Shown: positions 1-10,559, numbered from the stretch's first letter. The stretch is 64,000 nt of DNA from Dehalococcoidia bacterium (GCA_963663235.2 CAXXNO010000004.1:1-64000); one strand, 5' to 3'. The notes: a model not told the origin generated them from the sequence alone. Numbers and translations are program-made.

Positions 1-2
1 CC

Positions 3-506
3 ATGGTGCTAGTGGCGGTGGCCGGACAGAGCACCCAAAACGTGATCATCGCGATGACCATCGTGAATCTGCCTGCCTTCGCGCGCCTGGCGCGCGCGGA
101 GATCTTGACCACGCGCGAGCAACCCTACGCGGATGCGGCTCGGATCTTGGGTCACTCCAACGTGTGGATCATCTTCCGGCATTTGGGACCCAACTCGGTC
201 GCCTCCACCCTGGCCACCATGCCCGTGGTCATGGGTTTCGTGGTTCTCTTCACCGCCAGCCTCAGCTTCGTGGGCGCCGGCGTGCCGGTGACTACCCCGG
301 AGCTGGGTGGGATGATCTCGCGCGGGGCGGGCAACATGGTCACAGGCGAGTGGTGGCCGTCGGTGTTCCCCGGGATCGCGCTGGGGGTGCTGGTGCTCAC
401 TTTCGCCTTCGCTGCCCAGGACATCGCGACCCGAATGCGGACGGTGAAGCGCGGGGAGAGCGGTGCCATTGGGGCAGTGGCAGAGACGAGGGCGGCCAGT
501 GCTTGA
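3..506 (+). CDS. Dipeptide/oligopeptide-type ABC permease (DppC-like), 5' part outside the window
   Basis: EAA-like loop (REQPYADAARILG), IIFRHLGPN, WWPSVFPG; full copy at 55210-56193. Confidence 0.9.
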   Translation: MVLVAVAGQSTQNVIIAMTIVNLPAFARLARAEILTTREQPYADAARILGHSNVWIIFRHLGPNSVASTLATMPVVMGFVVLFTASLSFVGAGVPVTTPELGGMISRGAGNMVTGEWWPSVFPGIALGVLVLTFAFAAQDIATRMRTVKRGESGAIGAVAETRAASA

Positions 507-1338
507 GATCGAAGGGCTGACCGTCGGGATCCCCCACGCAGACGGATCCTTCGAATCAATGATCGAGGACATCGCCCTCCGAGTCGATGCAGGCCAGGCC
601 GTTGGTCTGGTGGGCGAGGCGGGGGCGGGCAAGTCACTCCTCGTGCATGCGATCGCCGGGCAGTTGCGGCCGCCGGTCGTCGCGCGTAGCGGCACCATCC
701 GGTTCGAAGGCCAGGATCTGCTCGCCATGAACGCGGAGGTGCGCCAGACCATCCTGGGACGGGATCTGGCGTTGGTGCTCCCCGGGGGGCGTGCCCGCCT
801 GGACCCGTTGATGAAGGTGGGCAAGCAGATCGCGCGCGTCCAGCGCGATCACGACGGCAGCGTGAGCAAGAAGGTGGCCCAGGCGCGGGCCATCGAGTTG
901 CTGGACCGGGTGGGGATCCCCGACGCGGACCTCCGCGCCGAGGCCTACCCGCACGAGCTCAGCGGCGGGATGGCCCAACGCGCCCTGGTCGCGATGGCGC
1001 TGGTGAACCGGCCGCGCTTCCTCGTGGCCGACGAGCCGACATCCGGCATCGACGTGACGATTCAACGGCAGTTGCTGGAGGACTTTTCCAGCTTGTGCCG
1101 TGAAGAGCATGTGGGGCTGTTGATTGTGACCCGCGACCTCGGGATCGTGGCGCACTACTGCGACCGCGTGGCCGTGGTGAGCGAGGGTCGCATTGTGGAA
1201 GATGCGGACGTGCGGACGTTCTTCAAGAGTCCGGAGCATCCGGTGAGTCAGGAGCTGATGCGGGCCACCATTCTTGAGCGCCAGCAGGCGGCCGCATGGT
1301 CGGAGCAGACGGGGACGGTGGGCGCTGGTCGTTCCTAG
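499..1338 (+). CDS. Peptide-type ABC ATP-binding protein (DppD-like) with degenerate Q- and H-loops
   Basis: Walker A GEAGAGKS, signature LSGGM, Walker B LVADEPT; GTG start overlaps the permease stop. Confidence 0.9.
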   Translation: MLEIEGLTVGIPHADGSFESMIEDIALRVDAGQAVGLVGEAGAGKSLLVHAIAGQLRPPVVARSGTIRFEGQDLLAMNAEVRQTILGRDLALVLPGGRARLDPLMKVGKQIARVQRDHDGSVSKKVAQARAIELLDRVGIPDADLRAEAYPHELSGGMAQRALVAMALVNRPRFLVADEPTSGIDVTIQRQLLEDFSSLCREEHVGLLIVTRDLGIVAHYCDRVAVVSEGRIVEDADVRTFFKSPEHPVSQELMRATILERQQAAAWSEQTGTVGAGRS

Positions 1339-1355
1339 GAGCGGGTAGGCAGGTC

Positions 1356-2438
1356 ATGACGCAGGCATCAGCCGGGGAGCAGCCGTTGGAAGCAGGGGAC
1401 CAGGAGTCCGCGTCCGCAGACGTCACCGGCGCCAACGGCCGGCCGCTCATCGATGTGCGCAACATCGCCAAGCACTTTCGCATCTCGCGCCGTGAGAACC
1501 TTGTCGCGGTGGGAGGCGTGGATCTCACAATCGGCCGCGGCGAGACCGTCGGCTTGGTAGGCGAATCCGGATCCGGGAAGACGACGCTGGGCCGGCTGAT
1601 CCTTCGTCTCTGGGACCCGACCTACGGCGAGGTCTGGTACGAGGACAAGAGGATCAGCCACATGCAGGGGAGTGAGCTCCGGCGCTGGCGCCCCAAGCTC
1701 CAGATGGTTTTCCAGGATCCGTCCACATCGCTGAATCCACGCATGACGATTCGACAGGCCCTCCGCGATGCCGTGCGGGGCTTCAAGCTATCGCGCGAGG
1801 AGCGAGACAGGCGCATCCAAGAGGTCTTGGACGCGGTGCACGTCCCCGCGGCGCTGACGGAGGCTCACCCGGAGGCCTTGACCGGCAGCCAGCAGCAGCG
1901 CTGCGCCATCGCCCGCTCGCTGGTCATGAAGCCGGACCTCATCGTGCTCGATGAAGCCGTCTCGAATCTCGATGTCCGGGGACGCCTGGAGATCATCGAA
2001 CTGCTGCGCGAAGTGCAGCAGCAATTCGGCGTTTCCTATCTCTTCATCTCGCATGACCTGACCGCCGTGCGCAGCATCAGCCACCGCGTGGCGGTGATGT
2101 ATCTCGGCTTGATCGTCGAGTTTGCATCGACCGACGTGATCTTCGAGCGGCCGGTGCATCCCTACACACGCTCGTTGCTCTCCGCGGTGCTCTATCCGGA
2201 TCCCGAGGCCGGCGCGCCGCACTATACGCTGGAGGGCGAGATCCCCAGCCCGATCAACCTGCCGCCCGGCTGTCCGCTGTACTCTCGCTGTCCCGTCTCC
2301 GAGCCGGAGTGCGAGCAGTGGACGCCGGAGCTCTTCCCGATGGAGCAGACTGCCGGCAACGTGCCCCACGTGGCCGCCTGCCGACGGATCGACGACCTCA
2401 CGTCGGGCCGCGTAGAGATGGTGGCCAGCGGCCGCTAG
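1356..2438 (+). CDS. Peptide-type ABC ATP-binding protein (DppF-like) with C-terminal oligo_HPY/Cys domain
   Basis: GESGSGKT, MVFQDP, LIVLDE, ISHD, HPYTRSLL, GCPLYSRCP. Confidence 0.92.
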   Translation: MTQASAGEQPLEAGDQESASADVTGANGRPLIDVRNIAKHFRISRRENLVAVGGVDLTIGRGETVGLVGESGSGKTTLGRLILRLWDPTYGEVWYEDKRISHMQGSELRRWRPKLQMVFQDPSTSLNPRMTIRQALRDAVRGFKLSREERDRRIQEVLDAVHVPAALTEAHPEALTGSQQQRCAIARSLVMKPDLIVLDEAVSNLDVRGRLEIIELLREVQQQFGVSYLFISHDLTAVRSISHRVAVMYLGLIVEFASTDVIFERPVHPYTRSLLSAVLYPDPEAGAPHYTLEGEIPSPINLPPGCPLYSRCPVSEPECEQWTPELFPMEQTAGNVPHVAACRRIDDLTSGRVEMVASGR

Positions 2439-2459
2439 CGGGCGGTGCGTTCTCTGGCG

Positions 2460-2873
2460 TCAGCCGAGGGCGACCGTGCCTTCGATCTCGACTTTGGCTC
2501 CCACGTTGAACAGTTCCGTGACGCCCACGAGCGTCACCGCCGGATAGACATCGCCGAGTTCACGGCGCCAGGATTCTCCGATCGCCTTCTGGTTGGCTCG
2601 ATAACTCTCGCCGTCCGTGACGTAAATAGTCATGGACGTGATGTCCCTGACCGTGCCGCCCGTTGCCTCAACCACCGTCTTGAAGTTGGCGAGCGCGCTG
2701 GCGAACTGCGACGCCATGTCCTTCGAGAAAGCCGCGGCGGGCCGGCCGCCGCTACCCTCGACCTGACCGGAGATATAGGCAATCCGGCTGCAGTTCTCCA
2801 CCACCATCGCGTGCTGGTATCCACCCCCGCGCTTCCAGCCCGCGGGAGTAATCCCTTTCAGTTCTGTTGCCAC
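2460..2873 (-). CDS. RidA/YjgF family protein
   Basis: YISGQV, YPAVTLVGV, AKVEIEG motifs; GGAGGA RBS before the GTG. Confidence 0.88.
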   Translation of the reverse strand: MATELKGITPAGWKRGGGYQHAMVVENCSRIAYISGQVEGSGGRPAAAFSKDMASQFASALANFKTVVEATGGTVRDITSMTIYVTDGESYRANQKAIGESWRRELGDVYPAVTLVGVTELFNVGAKVEIEGTVALG

Positions 2874-3133
2874 GTCTCTTCCTCCTTCCGACTTCGTGTC
2901 GCCGGCCCATCCGGCGGCAAGGATAGTGGGTCGCGCTACAAAGAGCACGCTTCACGCGCGGCACGATGGGGCGCCATCGCCGCACCGCTCTGTCACTCCC
3001 TTGATCTCGATGGGGAGACCTGAGACCGGACGCCGGCGATCAATTGACGGTCTCCAGCCGCCGTGTTAGACCGGCGCGAGCACGTCATGGTAAAGGGGAT
3101 CAATCTCTCTCAACGGGAAAGCGTGGACGCCTG

Positions 3134-4102
3134 ATGCGGGCGGCTCTCCTCTCGGTACTCGGACGCCCGCCTGCAGTCGGCGAGGCTCCGACGGTGGCGC
3201 CCGAACGGGGTGAGGCCCTGCTGGAGGTCCTCGCCGCGCCGCTGAACCCGATCGATATCGCGATCGGCGGTGGGCAGTTCTATGGGGGTCATCCGGCCCT
3301 CCCCTACGTGCCCGGGGTGGAGGCGGTGGGGCGGGTCGTGGAGTCGGGTGCTCAGAGCGTCGGCGCCATCGTGTGGGCCGGTCTCGACGGCATGGGGCTC
3401 CGGCGAGACGGCAGTATGGCGGACACGGTGATGGCCAGCGACTCGCGCCTGGTGTCGCTGCCGGAGGGTGCCGATCCCGCAGTCGCCGCGGGGCTGGGCG
3501 CCGCCGGGATGGCCGGCTGGCTCCCCCTGGCCTGGCGCGCTCCGCTGCGCCCGGGCGAGACGGTCCTTGTCCTGGGCGCGACTGGTGTGACCGGCAGGAC
3601 GGCGGTGCAGGCTGCGCGCATTTTGGGTGCCGGGAGGATCGTCGCGGCCGGTCGCAACGAGGAACGCCTGAGGCGGACCGTGGACGTCGGTGCTGACGCC
3701 ACGGTGCAACTAGCGGCAGGGACCGACCTGGCAGCCGCCTTCCGAGACGCCTGCGGCGGCCAAGGACCAGACCTGATCGTTGACCCGCTCTGGGGGCCGC
3801 CGCTGGCGGCGGCGCTGGAAGCCGCCGCCCCGCGCGCCCGCATTGTGCATCTCGGCCAGTCTGCTGGAGCGACCGCAACGATCACTTCCGCTGCCGTGCG
3901 CGGCAAGCAGTTGGAGCTTCTGGGGTTCTCCGACTTCGCTGTGCCGGCGGACGTTTGGGCGGAACACTACCGACGGCTGGTCTCGCATGCGATTGCAGGG
4001 CGGTTGCGCCTTGAGATCGAGCGGGTGCCGCTCAAGGACATCACGGCCGCCTGGCGCCGCCAAACGGCCGGGCCTGAGGTTAAACTGGTGGTGGTGCCGT
4101 AA
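3134..4102 (+). CDS. Quinone oxidoreductase / MDR family protein
   Basis: AAPLNPID, PGVEAVG, VLVLGATGVTG. Confidence 0.88.
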   Translation: MRAALLSVLGRPPAVGEAPTVAPERGEALLEVLAAPLNPIDIAIGGGQFYGGHPALPYVPGVEAVGRVVESGAQSVGAIVWAGLDGMGLRRDGSMADTVMASDSRLVSLPEGADPAVAAGLGAAGMAGWLPLAWRAPLRPGETVLVLGATGVTGRTAVQAARILGAGRIVAAGRNEERLRRTVDVGADATVQLAAGTDLAAAFRDACGGQGPDLIVDPLWGPPLAAALEAAAPRARIVHLGQSAGATATITSAAVRGKQLELLGFSDFAVPADVWAEHYRRLVSHAIAGRLRLEIERVPLKDITAAWRRQTAGPEVKLVVVP

Positions 4103-4134
4103 GGCCGAGACGGTCGGTGTCCGGAAGGGGAACC

Positions 4135-5073
4135 ATGGCGGTTCTGGTGACCGGCGGTAAAGGCTTCATTGGAGCAGTGGTCATCCGTCAGTTGCTAGCG
4201 AGCGGCCAGGCGGCGGTCTGCTTGGACCTAAAGAGCACACCCGGGCGCCTGGCGGATGTCGCCGATCGGACGGTGATGCTGGACGGCGGCATGCCCAGCG
4301 TCCAGCGTCTGACAGAGATCATCCGCGAGCACGACATTGACCGCATCGCACATCTGGTGTTTTTCATATCGGCTCCGGGGAACGCCGACGAAATTCGCAC
4401 AGAAGTTCGGACGATGGTCTCGGAGACGGTCGACTTGTTTGAGGCAGCCCGCCTGACCGGCGTGCGACGAGTAGTCTTTCCCAGCTCCATCCACTACTAC
4501 GGGCCCCAGTGGCTGCATGGCGAGACCCTGCTCGACGAGGAGTGTCCCAGCCTGACGACCGACATCTACGGCGTGAGCAAGAGGCTGGGAGAGACGGTTG
4601 CCTCTGTCTACAACATGCGCGCCAACATGAGTGTCGTCTCCCTGCGCATTCCCGCGGTCTACGGGCCCGGCGGGCGAGTGGGAGCACGGGGAGTGAACGT
4701 GGCCGCCGTTGAGTGCGCCCTGGGCAGGCCCGCGCGGCTTCCCTTTGCCGCCGCCGACAAGGTCTGTGTCGGGCACGTGGAGGACGTCGCTCATGCGGTG
4801 GTGACCCTCTTGGCGGCCGAGAGTCCGCGGCGTTTGGTCTACAACGTGGGCGGCCACACTCTCTCCTACTGGGAGATGGCGTCGTTGATCCACCGCTTCC
4901 TTCCTGAGGCCCAGATCTCCTTTGATGAGACAACCGGCCGGTCAGACCTCCCCTACCTGATCGACTATTCTCGCATCCGGGAGGAGTTTGGCTGTGAGCA
5001 TCGAGGTCTGACCGACGGTTACCGGGATCTGATCAACCACACCCGCCGGGGGGCGGGGCTGCTGGAGGTGTAA
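4135..5073 (+). CDS. NAD-dependent epimerase/dehydratase
   Basis: VLVTGGKGFIG, YGVSK (YxxxK). Confidence 0.88.
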   Translation: MAVLVTGGKGFIGAVVIRQLLASGQAAVCLDLKSTPGRLADVADRTVMLDGGMPSVQRLTEIIREHDIDRIAHLVFFISAPGNADEIRTEVRTMVSETVDLFEAARLTGVRRVVFPSSIHYYGPQWLHGETLLDEECPSLTTDIYGVSKRLGETVASVYNMRANMSVVSLRIPAVYGPGGRVGARGVNVAAVECALGRPARLPFAAADKVCVGHVEDVAHAVVTLLAAESPRRLVYNVGGHTLSYWEMASLIHRFLPEAQISFDETTGRSDLPYLIDYSRIREEFGCEHRGLTDGYRDLINHTRRGAGLLEV

Positions 5074-5076
5074 AAG

Positions 5077-5874
5077 ATGGCGGGACAGATGAAGGGGAAA
5101 GTGGCCCTGGTGACCGGCGCTGGCTCAGGGATCGGGCGCGCGAGTGCCCTCCTGTTCGCACGCACAGGGGCCAAGGTGACAGTCGCCGATCTGGCTGTCG
5201 ATGGAGGCGAGGAGACCGTTCGCCGCATCCGCGACGACGGCGGCGACGCCACGTTCGTGCGCTGTGATGTCGCCAGCGCTTCCGACGTCGAGGCGATGGT
5301 CGCGCGGACCGTGGAGACGTACGGACGCCTTGACTACGCGTTCAACAACGCCGGAATCGAGGGCACGCCTGGGCATCTCATTGCCGATGTACAGGAGGAG
5401 GACTGGGATCGCGTGCACGCCATCAACCTCAAGGGCGTGTGGCTTGGCATGAAGCACGAGCTTCGGCAGATGCTGCGGCAGGGCGGCGGGACCATCGTCA
5501 ACACCGCCTCCGCCGCCGCGCTCGTCGGCTGGCCTGAGGGATCGGTCTACGCCGCTGCGAAGAGCGGGGTCGTCTCCCTGACGAAAACGGCGGCGCTGGA
5601 GTACGCTTCCAAGGGGATCCGGGTGAACGCCGTATGCCCGGGCTTCATTCACACCGCCATGGCCGAGCGTATGTTCGTGACTTACCCCACACTCCCGCAG
5701 CTGTACGCGAAGATGACGCCCACGGGGCGCGTCGGGACGCCGGAGGAGGTGGCGGACGTGGTTGTGTGGCTCTGTTCCGATGCTGCTTCCTTCGTGACCG
5801 GTGTGGCGCTGTCAGTTGACGGCGGGCTCATGGCGGGCCAGGCCGCACCTCCCGTCGGCGTGGGCAGTGAGTGA
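5077..5874 (+). CDS. Short-chain dehydrogenase/reductase
   Basis: TGAGSGIG, NNAG, YAAAK, IRVNAVCPG. Confidence 0.93.
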   Translation: MAGQMKGKVALVTGAGSGIGRASALLFARTGAKVTVADLAVDGGEETVRRIRDDGGDATFVRCDVASASDVEAMVARTVETYGRLDYAFNNAGIEGTPGHLIADVQEEDWDRVHAINLKGVWLGMKHELRQMLRQGGGTIVNTASAAALVGWPEGSVYAAAKSGVVSLTKTAALEYASKGIRVNAVCPGFIHTAMAERMFVTYPTLPQLYAKMTPTGRVGTPEEVADVVVWLCSDAASFVTGVALSVDGGLMAGQAAPPVGVGSE

Positions 5875-6042
5875 TTCGTCGCGAGGCGAGGGGATCTGTC
5901 GACGCGGCGGCCTGCGGTTCGCGTGTAGCGACTCGGTGGGCGCATCGTATATTCTCGCCAGAGCTGCGGGCGATGACGACTCAGTTTTGGTACGGGCACC
6001 GTCAGGACTTCCGGCTGTCCCCGACGGGAGGAGTAGCGGCTG

Positions 6043-7644
6043 TTGACGCTGGCCGAACGATCGCAACGGAATCAATCGTCTCACATCAGTGACCGTGTCA
6101 CCGCTGAGGCGCGGACCGTGCACCGCAATCTCTCCGTACCGGTCCTCTATGAGCACGCCATTCGTCGCGGCGAGGGCAAGATCCTTCAGGGCGGCACCTT
6201 CGCCGTTCGCAGCGGCGCCCGTACCGGTCGCAGCCCGAAGGACAAGTTCGTCGTCCGCGTCCCGGAAACCGCCGAGCACGTGTGGTGGGGTCCACACAAC
6301 CAACCGATGGATCCGGACGTCTTCGAAGGCCTCTGGGAGCGCGCGCTCCGCTACTTCCGAGACAAAGATGCCTACGTGCAAGACTGTTACGTGTCGCAGG
6401 ACCCGACTCAGCGCAAGACGGTCCGCGTCATCACGGAGCAGGCGTACCACAGCATCTTCGCTCGCTCCATGTTCATCCCCAGCGACGAGCCACCGTCCGC
6501 TGCGGAGGCCGATATCACCATCCTGCACGCTCCGTTCCTACGACTCGACGGGGCCAACGATGGGATCAACAGTGACGCCGTCATCGCCCTCCACCTTGCG
6601 GAAGGGCTGATTGTCATCACTGGCACGGCCTACGCCGGTGAGATGAAGAAAGCCGTCTTCACGGCTATGAATTACTATCTGCCGTTGAGCGGCGTACTCT
6701 CTCTCCACTCGGCTGCGAACATGGACGCTGCGTCCGGCAAGACGGCTTTCTTCTTCGGCCTCTCGGGTACGGGAAAGACCACGTTGAGCACGGATCCCGA
6801 TCGTGTGCTGATCGGTGACGACGAGCATGCGTGGACGGAGGAGGGCATCTTCAACATCGAAGGCGGCTGTTACGCTAAGGTGATCCGGCTTTCGCCCGTC
6901 GCCGAGCCTGACATCTTCGAGACCGCCCACATGTTCGGGACGATCATTGAAAACGTCGTTTTCGCTGACGACAGCCGCGTCCCCGACCTAGACGATGACT
7001 CCGTTACCGAGAACACTCGCTCCAGCTACCCCCTGACGTCGCTGCGCGACTACTTTCAGGCCGAGGTGGCTCCGCATCCGTCGCACGTGATCCTCCTCAC
7101 TGCCGACGCGTTTGGGGTCATGCCGCTAATGGCGCGGCTCAGCCACGAGCAGGCGCTGTATCATTTCCTCAGCGGGTACACCTGCAAGCTGGCCGGCACC
7201 GAGACCGGAATCGACGAACCGCAGGCGACGTTCAGCACCTGCTTCGGGGCCCCCTTCATGGCCCTCCATCCCACCGTCTACGCCGGCCTGCTCCGCCAGC
7301 GGCTAGAGATGACCAACGCACAGGTCTGGCTGATCAACACCGGCTGGGTGGGGGGTCCGCCCGGGACCGGCAACCGAATCGCGATCCAAGAGACCCGCAA
7401 GATGGTGCGGGCCATCCTCGACGATGCGCTAGTGGCGGAGTCGTTCCGAACGGACCCACTCTTCGGGTTCGAGGTCCCCACGGGCTGCCCCGGCGTGGCG
7501 CCCGATCTGCTCACTCCGCGTGAGCGCTGGGCGGACAAGGGCGCGTACGATCGCGAATACGCAGCGCTCGCTGAGCGCTTCCGGCAGAACTTTGATCAAT
7601 TCCGGGGACTCGCCGCGCCCGCGGTCGAGGCGGCCGGTCCCTAG
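6043..7644 (+). CDS. pckA: Phosphoenolpyruvate carboxykinase (ATP)
   Basis: TGRSPKDKF, YAGEMKK, GLSGTGKTTLS, LIGDDEH, EGGCYAK; GGAG RBS before a TTG start. Confidence 0.96.
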   Translation: MTLAERSQRNQSSHISDRVTAEARTVHRNLSVPVLYEHAIRRGEGKILQGGTFAVRSGARTGRSPKDKFVVRVPETAEHVWWGPHNQPMDPDVFEGLWERALRYFRDKDAYVQDCYVSQDPTQRKTVRVITEQAYHSIFARSMFIPSDEPPSAAEADITILHAPFLRLDGANDGINSDAVIALHLAEGLIVITGTAYAGEMKKAVFTAMNYYLPLSGVLSLHSAANMDAASGKTAFFFGLSGTGKTTLSTDPDRVLIGDDEHAWTEEGIFNIEGGCYAKVIRLSPVAEPDIFETAHMFGTIIENVVFADDSRVPDLDDDSVTENTRSSYPLTSLRDYFQAEVAPHPSHVILLTADAFGVMPLMARLSHEQALYHFLSGYTCKLAGTETGIDEPQATFSTCFGAPFMALHPTVYAGLLRQRLEMTNAQVWLINTGWVGGPPGTGNRIAIQETRKMVRAILDDALVAESFRTDPLFGFEVPTGCPGVAPDLLTPRERWADKGAYDREYAALAERFRQNFDQFRGLAAPAVEAAGP

Positions 7645-8444
7645 TCCGGCCAGATCCAGGACTCTTGTCCCTGCGTCTGATCCGTCTCCTCGAACAGGGC
7701 ATCCGCTAGGCGTTGCTCCACGCGCATGAACTCCGGCGCCGTCACGATGGCGAGTTCGCGCGGACGCGGCAGATCGACTTCGAGCACGAGCTTCACCGAG
7801 CCCGGTCGAGCGGTGAGCACGTACACGCGGTCTGAGAGGTAGACGGCCTCGCGGATGTCGTGGGTGATGAGGAAGACCGTCCACCTAAAGCGACGCCAGA
7901 CGGTTTCCAGCCACTTCTGCATCTGCGTCCGGGTGAGGGAGTCCAAAGCGCCCAGCGGCTCGTCTAGGAGGATGACGCTGCGCTCTTGTACCACCGTCCG
8001 CAACAAGGCGGCCCGCTGGCGCATCCCCCCCGAAAGCTCGAACGGGTAGGCCTGCTCAAACCCGGAAAGGCCGAAGGCATCGAAGAGCTGCCTCGCCCGC
8101 TCGCGCGCTTCCCGCCGGCTGACGCCCTGCACCTCAAGCCCCAGCGTGGTGTTGTCTAGAACGCGGCGCCACGGGAAGAGCAGATCCTTCTGCGGCATGT
8201 AGGCGAACGCACCGGCGCCGTTTGGCGCGGACCGGCCGTCGACGAGCACTGACCCAGACGTCGCAGGCTCAAGCCCCGCCATGATGTTGAAGATCGTGCT
8301 CTTGCCGCAGCCGCTTGGACCGATGAGGCTCACGAACTCCGCTTCCTGCGCGGTGAAGTTCACGTTATGCAGCACGTCCAGCGTGCGACCCTTCACGGCG
8401 TAGCGCTTGTTCAATTCCCGGACTTCGATCTTTGGGCGCTCCAT
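7641..8444 (-). CDS. ABC ATP-binding protein (ThiZ/SsuB-like)
   Basis: GPSGCGKS, LSGGMRQR, ILLDEP. Confidence 0.9.
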   Translation of the reverse strand: MERPKIEVRELNKRYAVKGRTLDVLHNVNFTAQEAEFVSLIGPSGCGKSTIFNIMAGLEPATSGSVLVDGRSAPNGAGAFAYMPQKDLLFPWRRVLDNTTLGLEVQGVSRREARERARQLFDAFGLSGFEQAYPFELSGGMRQRAALLRTVVQERSVILLDEPLGALDSLTRTQMQKWLETVWRRFRWTVFLITHDIREAVYLSDRVYVLTARPGSVKLVLEVDLPRPRELAIVTAPEFMRVEQRLADALFEETDQTQGQESWIWPD

Positions 8445-8451
8445 CGTCGTC

Positions 8452-9303
8452 CTAGTCGTGCTGCCTGCGCGTCGCGAAGTACCAAGGGATGGCAGCGCGC
8501 TCAACGACGTAGGTAGACAAAAAGAGCAAGACACTGACGAGCGCCGTTACGATTACGGCCGCTAACACGAGGTCGATCCGGAACGACTGCCACTGGACTC
8601 GCATGAAGATCCCCAGTCCCTCCTTCGCTCCTGCCCATTCCGCGAAAATCGCTGCCACCACGGTGTAAGTGATTGCGATCCGCAGCCCCGAAAAGAAGCT
8701 TGGGAGAGCGCTGGGCAAGCGAACATGCCAGAAGATCTGGCGTCTATTCGCACCCATGGAGCGGAGCAAGTTTGTGGCTTCGCGTTCTGTGGAATTCAGT
8801 CCATCGTTCCAGCCGACCGTAACTGGGAAGAAGGTCACGAGGACTATGAGCACGATTTTGGGCTCCAGCCCGAAGCCCACCCACGTGATCATGAGTGGCG
8901 CAAGCACAATCAGGGGGAGCGTCTGCGACGCGACGAGCAACGGATAGAGCGCGCGGCGCAGCAGGCCGGAGAAGTCGATCGCGACCGCAAGGAGGGTGGC
9001 TACGACAAGCGAGATCGGGAAGCCGATCGCCGTCTCTTGCATGGTCACGGCGGTATTGCGCAAGAGATGGCCGCGGAATTCCCACCCTTCCTGGAAAACG
9101 CGGCTGGGCGCTGGCAACACCTGCGGTTGGATGTCGCTGATCGCGACGTACGCTTCCCAGCCGAAGAACAGTGCGGCCAGAGCGATGGGAACCGGCGCCC
9201 AACGGAGGAGCGGCCGTAGGCGCTCTGATGTTAGAGGGCCGCCCAGGCGGCGGAGGGCGACCGCGGGCTGTGCGAGTCGCCGCGGGAAGGTCATCCCGGC
9301 CAT
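8452..9303 (-). CDS. ABC permease (ThiX/SsuC-like)
   Basis: Hydrophobic helices, LLRSMGA, RLPSALP, AEWAGAKEGLG. Confidence 0.9.
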   Translation of the reverse strand: MAGMTFPRRLAQPAVALRRLGGPLTSERLRPLLRWAPVPIALAALFFGWEAYVAISDIQPQVLPAPSRVFQEGWEFRGHLLRNTAVTMQETAIGFPISLVVATLLAVAIDFSGLLRRALYPLLVASQTLPLIVLAPLMITWVGFGLEPKIVLIVLVTFFPVTVGWNDGLNSTEREATNLLRSMGANRRQIFWHVRLPSALPSFFSGLRIAITYTVVAAIFAEWAGAKEGLGIFMRVQWQSFRIDLVLAAVIVTALVSVLLFLSTYVVERAAIPWYFATRRQHD

Positions 9304-9395
9304 TGGAAACGCTCCGGCAAGATTACCGGGTGCCTCGCTCTCGTGAGTTGCCCGCCGCCAAGCGGCCCGCTCCTGCGCCCCGTGTCCTCAGCTTG

Positions 9396-10559
9396 CTACG
9401 TCAGGAAGTCGTTCGTAAAGAGCGCCGAGTAGTCCAGCTCGTCAGTCAGACCGTCACCGTTCTCATCCACCAGGAGACCGTTCTCGAACAGGAATCTAGG
9501 GAAGGCGGTCCACAAATCGAGCGTTTGCACTCCGAAGTCACCATTCTCGTCCAGGTATTGCTCTGACGCGAGCAAATGGGCGCTACGGAACGCCAACTCC
9601 TCATTGCTGAACACGCCGGGGTTGGCGTCGATGAGGATCTGGACCGCATCATCTGGTTTCTCAGCAGCGTACTCGAACCCGCGCTGGCTGGCGCCCACGA
9701 ACGCACGCGCCGTATCCGCGTTGGCCCCCAACCAGTCTGGATTGCTGATGAGAACTACCTCGTAGAAGTTCGGGAAGCCGTAATCGGCGTACTCGAACGC
9801 CTTCATCGGCGTGCCGCGCAGTTCGGCTTCGATGCCTTCCCAGGTCATAAATGGGATCACGAAGTCCACGGCGCCGCTGTAGAGGGCCTCGTAGGCGGCG
9901 GTGTCGAGAACCACGGTCTCGAACTTGCCCTCGCCACCGGCGTTCTGGATCACCGTCTTGAGGAGGGGTTCCTCGAACGGTGCGCCAAACCCCGCGAACA
10001 ATTTGCCATCGAGGTCCGCCGGGCTTTGGATGTCGTCCCGGTCCGCCCGCACCGCGATCGCGCTCGCCGGCCGTTGCAGGATCGCCATCACCGACACCAG
10101 TGGCAGCCCGGACGCTACCGCGAACGACAGGCTCGGCGCGAAGGAGATGCCGAAGTCCGCCGTTCCTGTCCCCACCAGCGTGTCGGGCGGGGCGCCGCTA
10201 TACGGCAGAATCTCGAACTTCACGCCGCTCTCTTCGTACCAGCCCATCGCATCCGCGACGTAGAAGCCGGTGTGATTCGTGTTCGGCACCCAGTCCAGCG
10301 CCAGGCTGATCGTGGTGAGTTCGGCCGGGGCGGCCGCTTCCGTGGCCGCGACATCAGGTTCGTCGTCGTCGCCACAGCCGACCAGGGCTAAGCCGGCGGC
10401 CCCCAGGCCGGCGGTGGCGCCGATTGTCATCAGCTTTCTGCGACTTAGGCGTTGTCGGCCGTGGTCGCCGTTCGCGTTCAGGTCTGTGCGGGTCGGATTC
10501 GCTTGGGTCTGGACGCGATCGGATGGGGTGGAGCGCGCCGGCGTGAAGGTGGTGTGCAT
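9396..10559 (-). CDS. NMT1/THI5 (ThiY-like) substrate-binding lipoprotein with Tat-type signal
   Basis: LDWVPNTNHTG motif; SRRKL twin-arginine-like motif and LVGC lipobox; lies downstream of a TPP riboswitch. Confidence 0.88.
   Translation of the reverse strand: MHTTFTPARSTPSDRVQTQANPTRTDLNANGDHGRQRLSRRKLMTIGATAGLGAAGLALVGCGDDDEPDVAATEAAAPAELTTISLALDWVPNTNHTGFYVADAMGWYEESGVKFEILPYSGAPPDTLVGTGTADFGISFAPSLSFAVASGLPLVSVMAILQRPASAIAVRADRDDIQSPADLDGKLFAGFGAPFEEPLLKTVIQNAGGEGKFETVVLDTAAYEALYSGAVDFVIPFMTWEGIEAELRGTPMKAFEYADYGFPNFYEVVLISNPDWLGANADTARAFVGASQRGFEYAAEKPDDAVQILIDANPGVFSNEELAFRSAHLLASEQYLDENGDFGVQTLDLWTAFPRFLFENGLLVDENGDGLTDELDYSALFTNDFLT

Larger units (their letters stand above)
1..6423. 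repeat. Left arm of a large inverted duplication (partner 49293-55715); probably continues beyond the window's left edge
   Basis: Position x matches the reverse complement of 55716-x; the ORF track shows mirror-image ORFs with only a few amino-acid differences. Confidence 0.97.
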
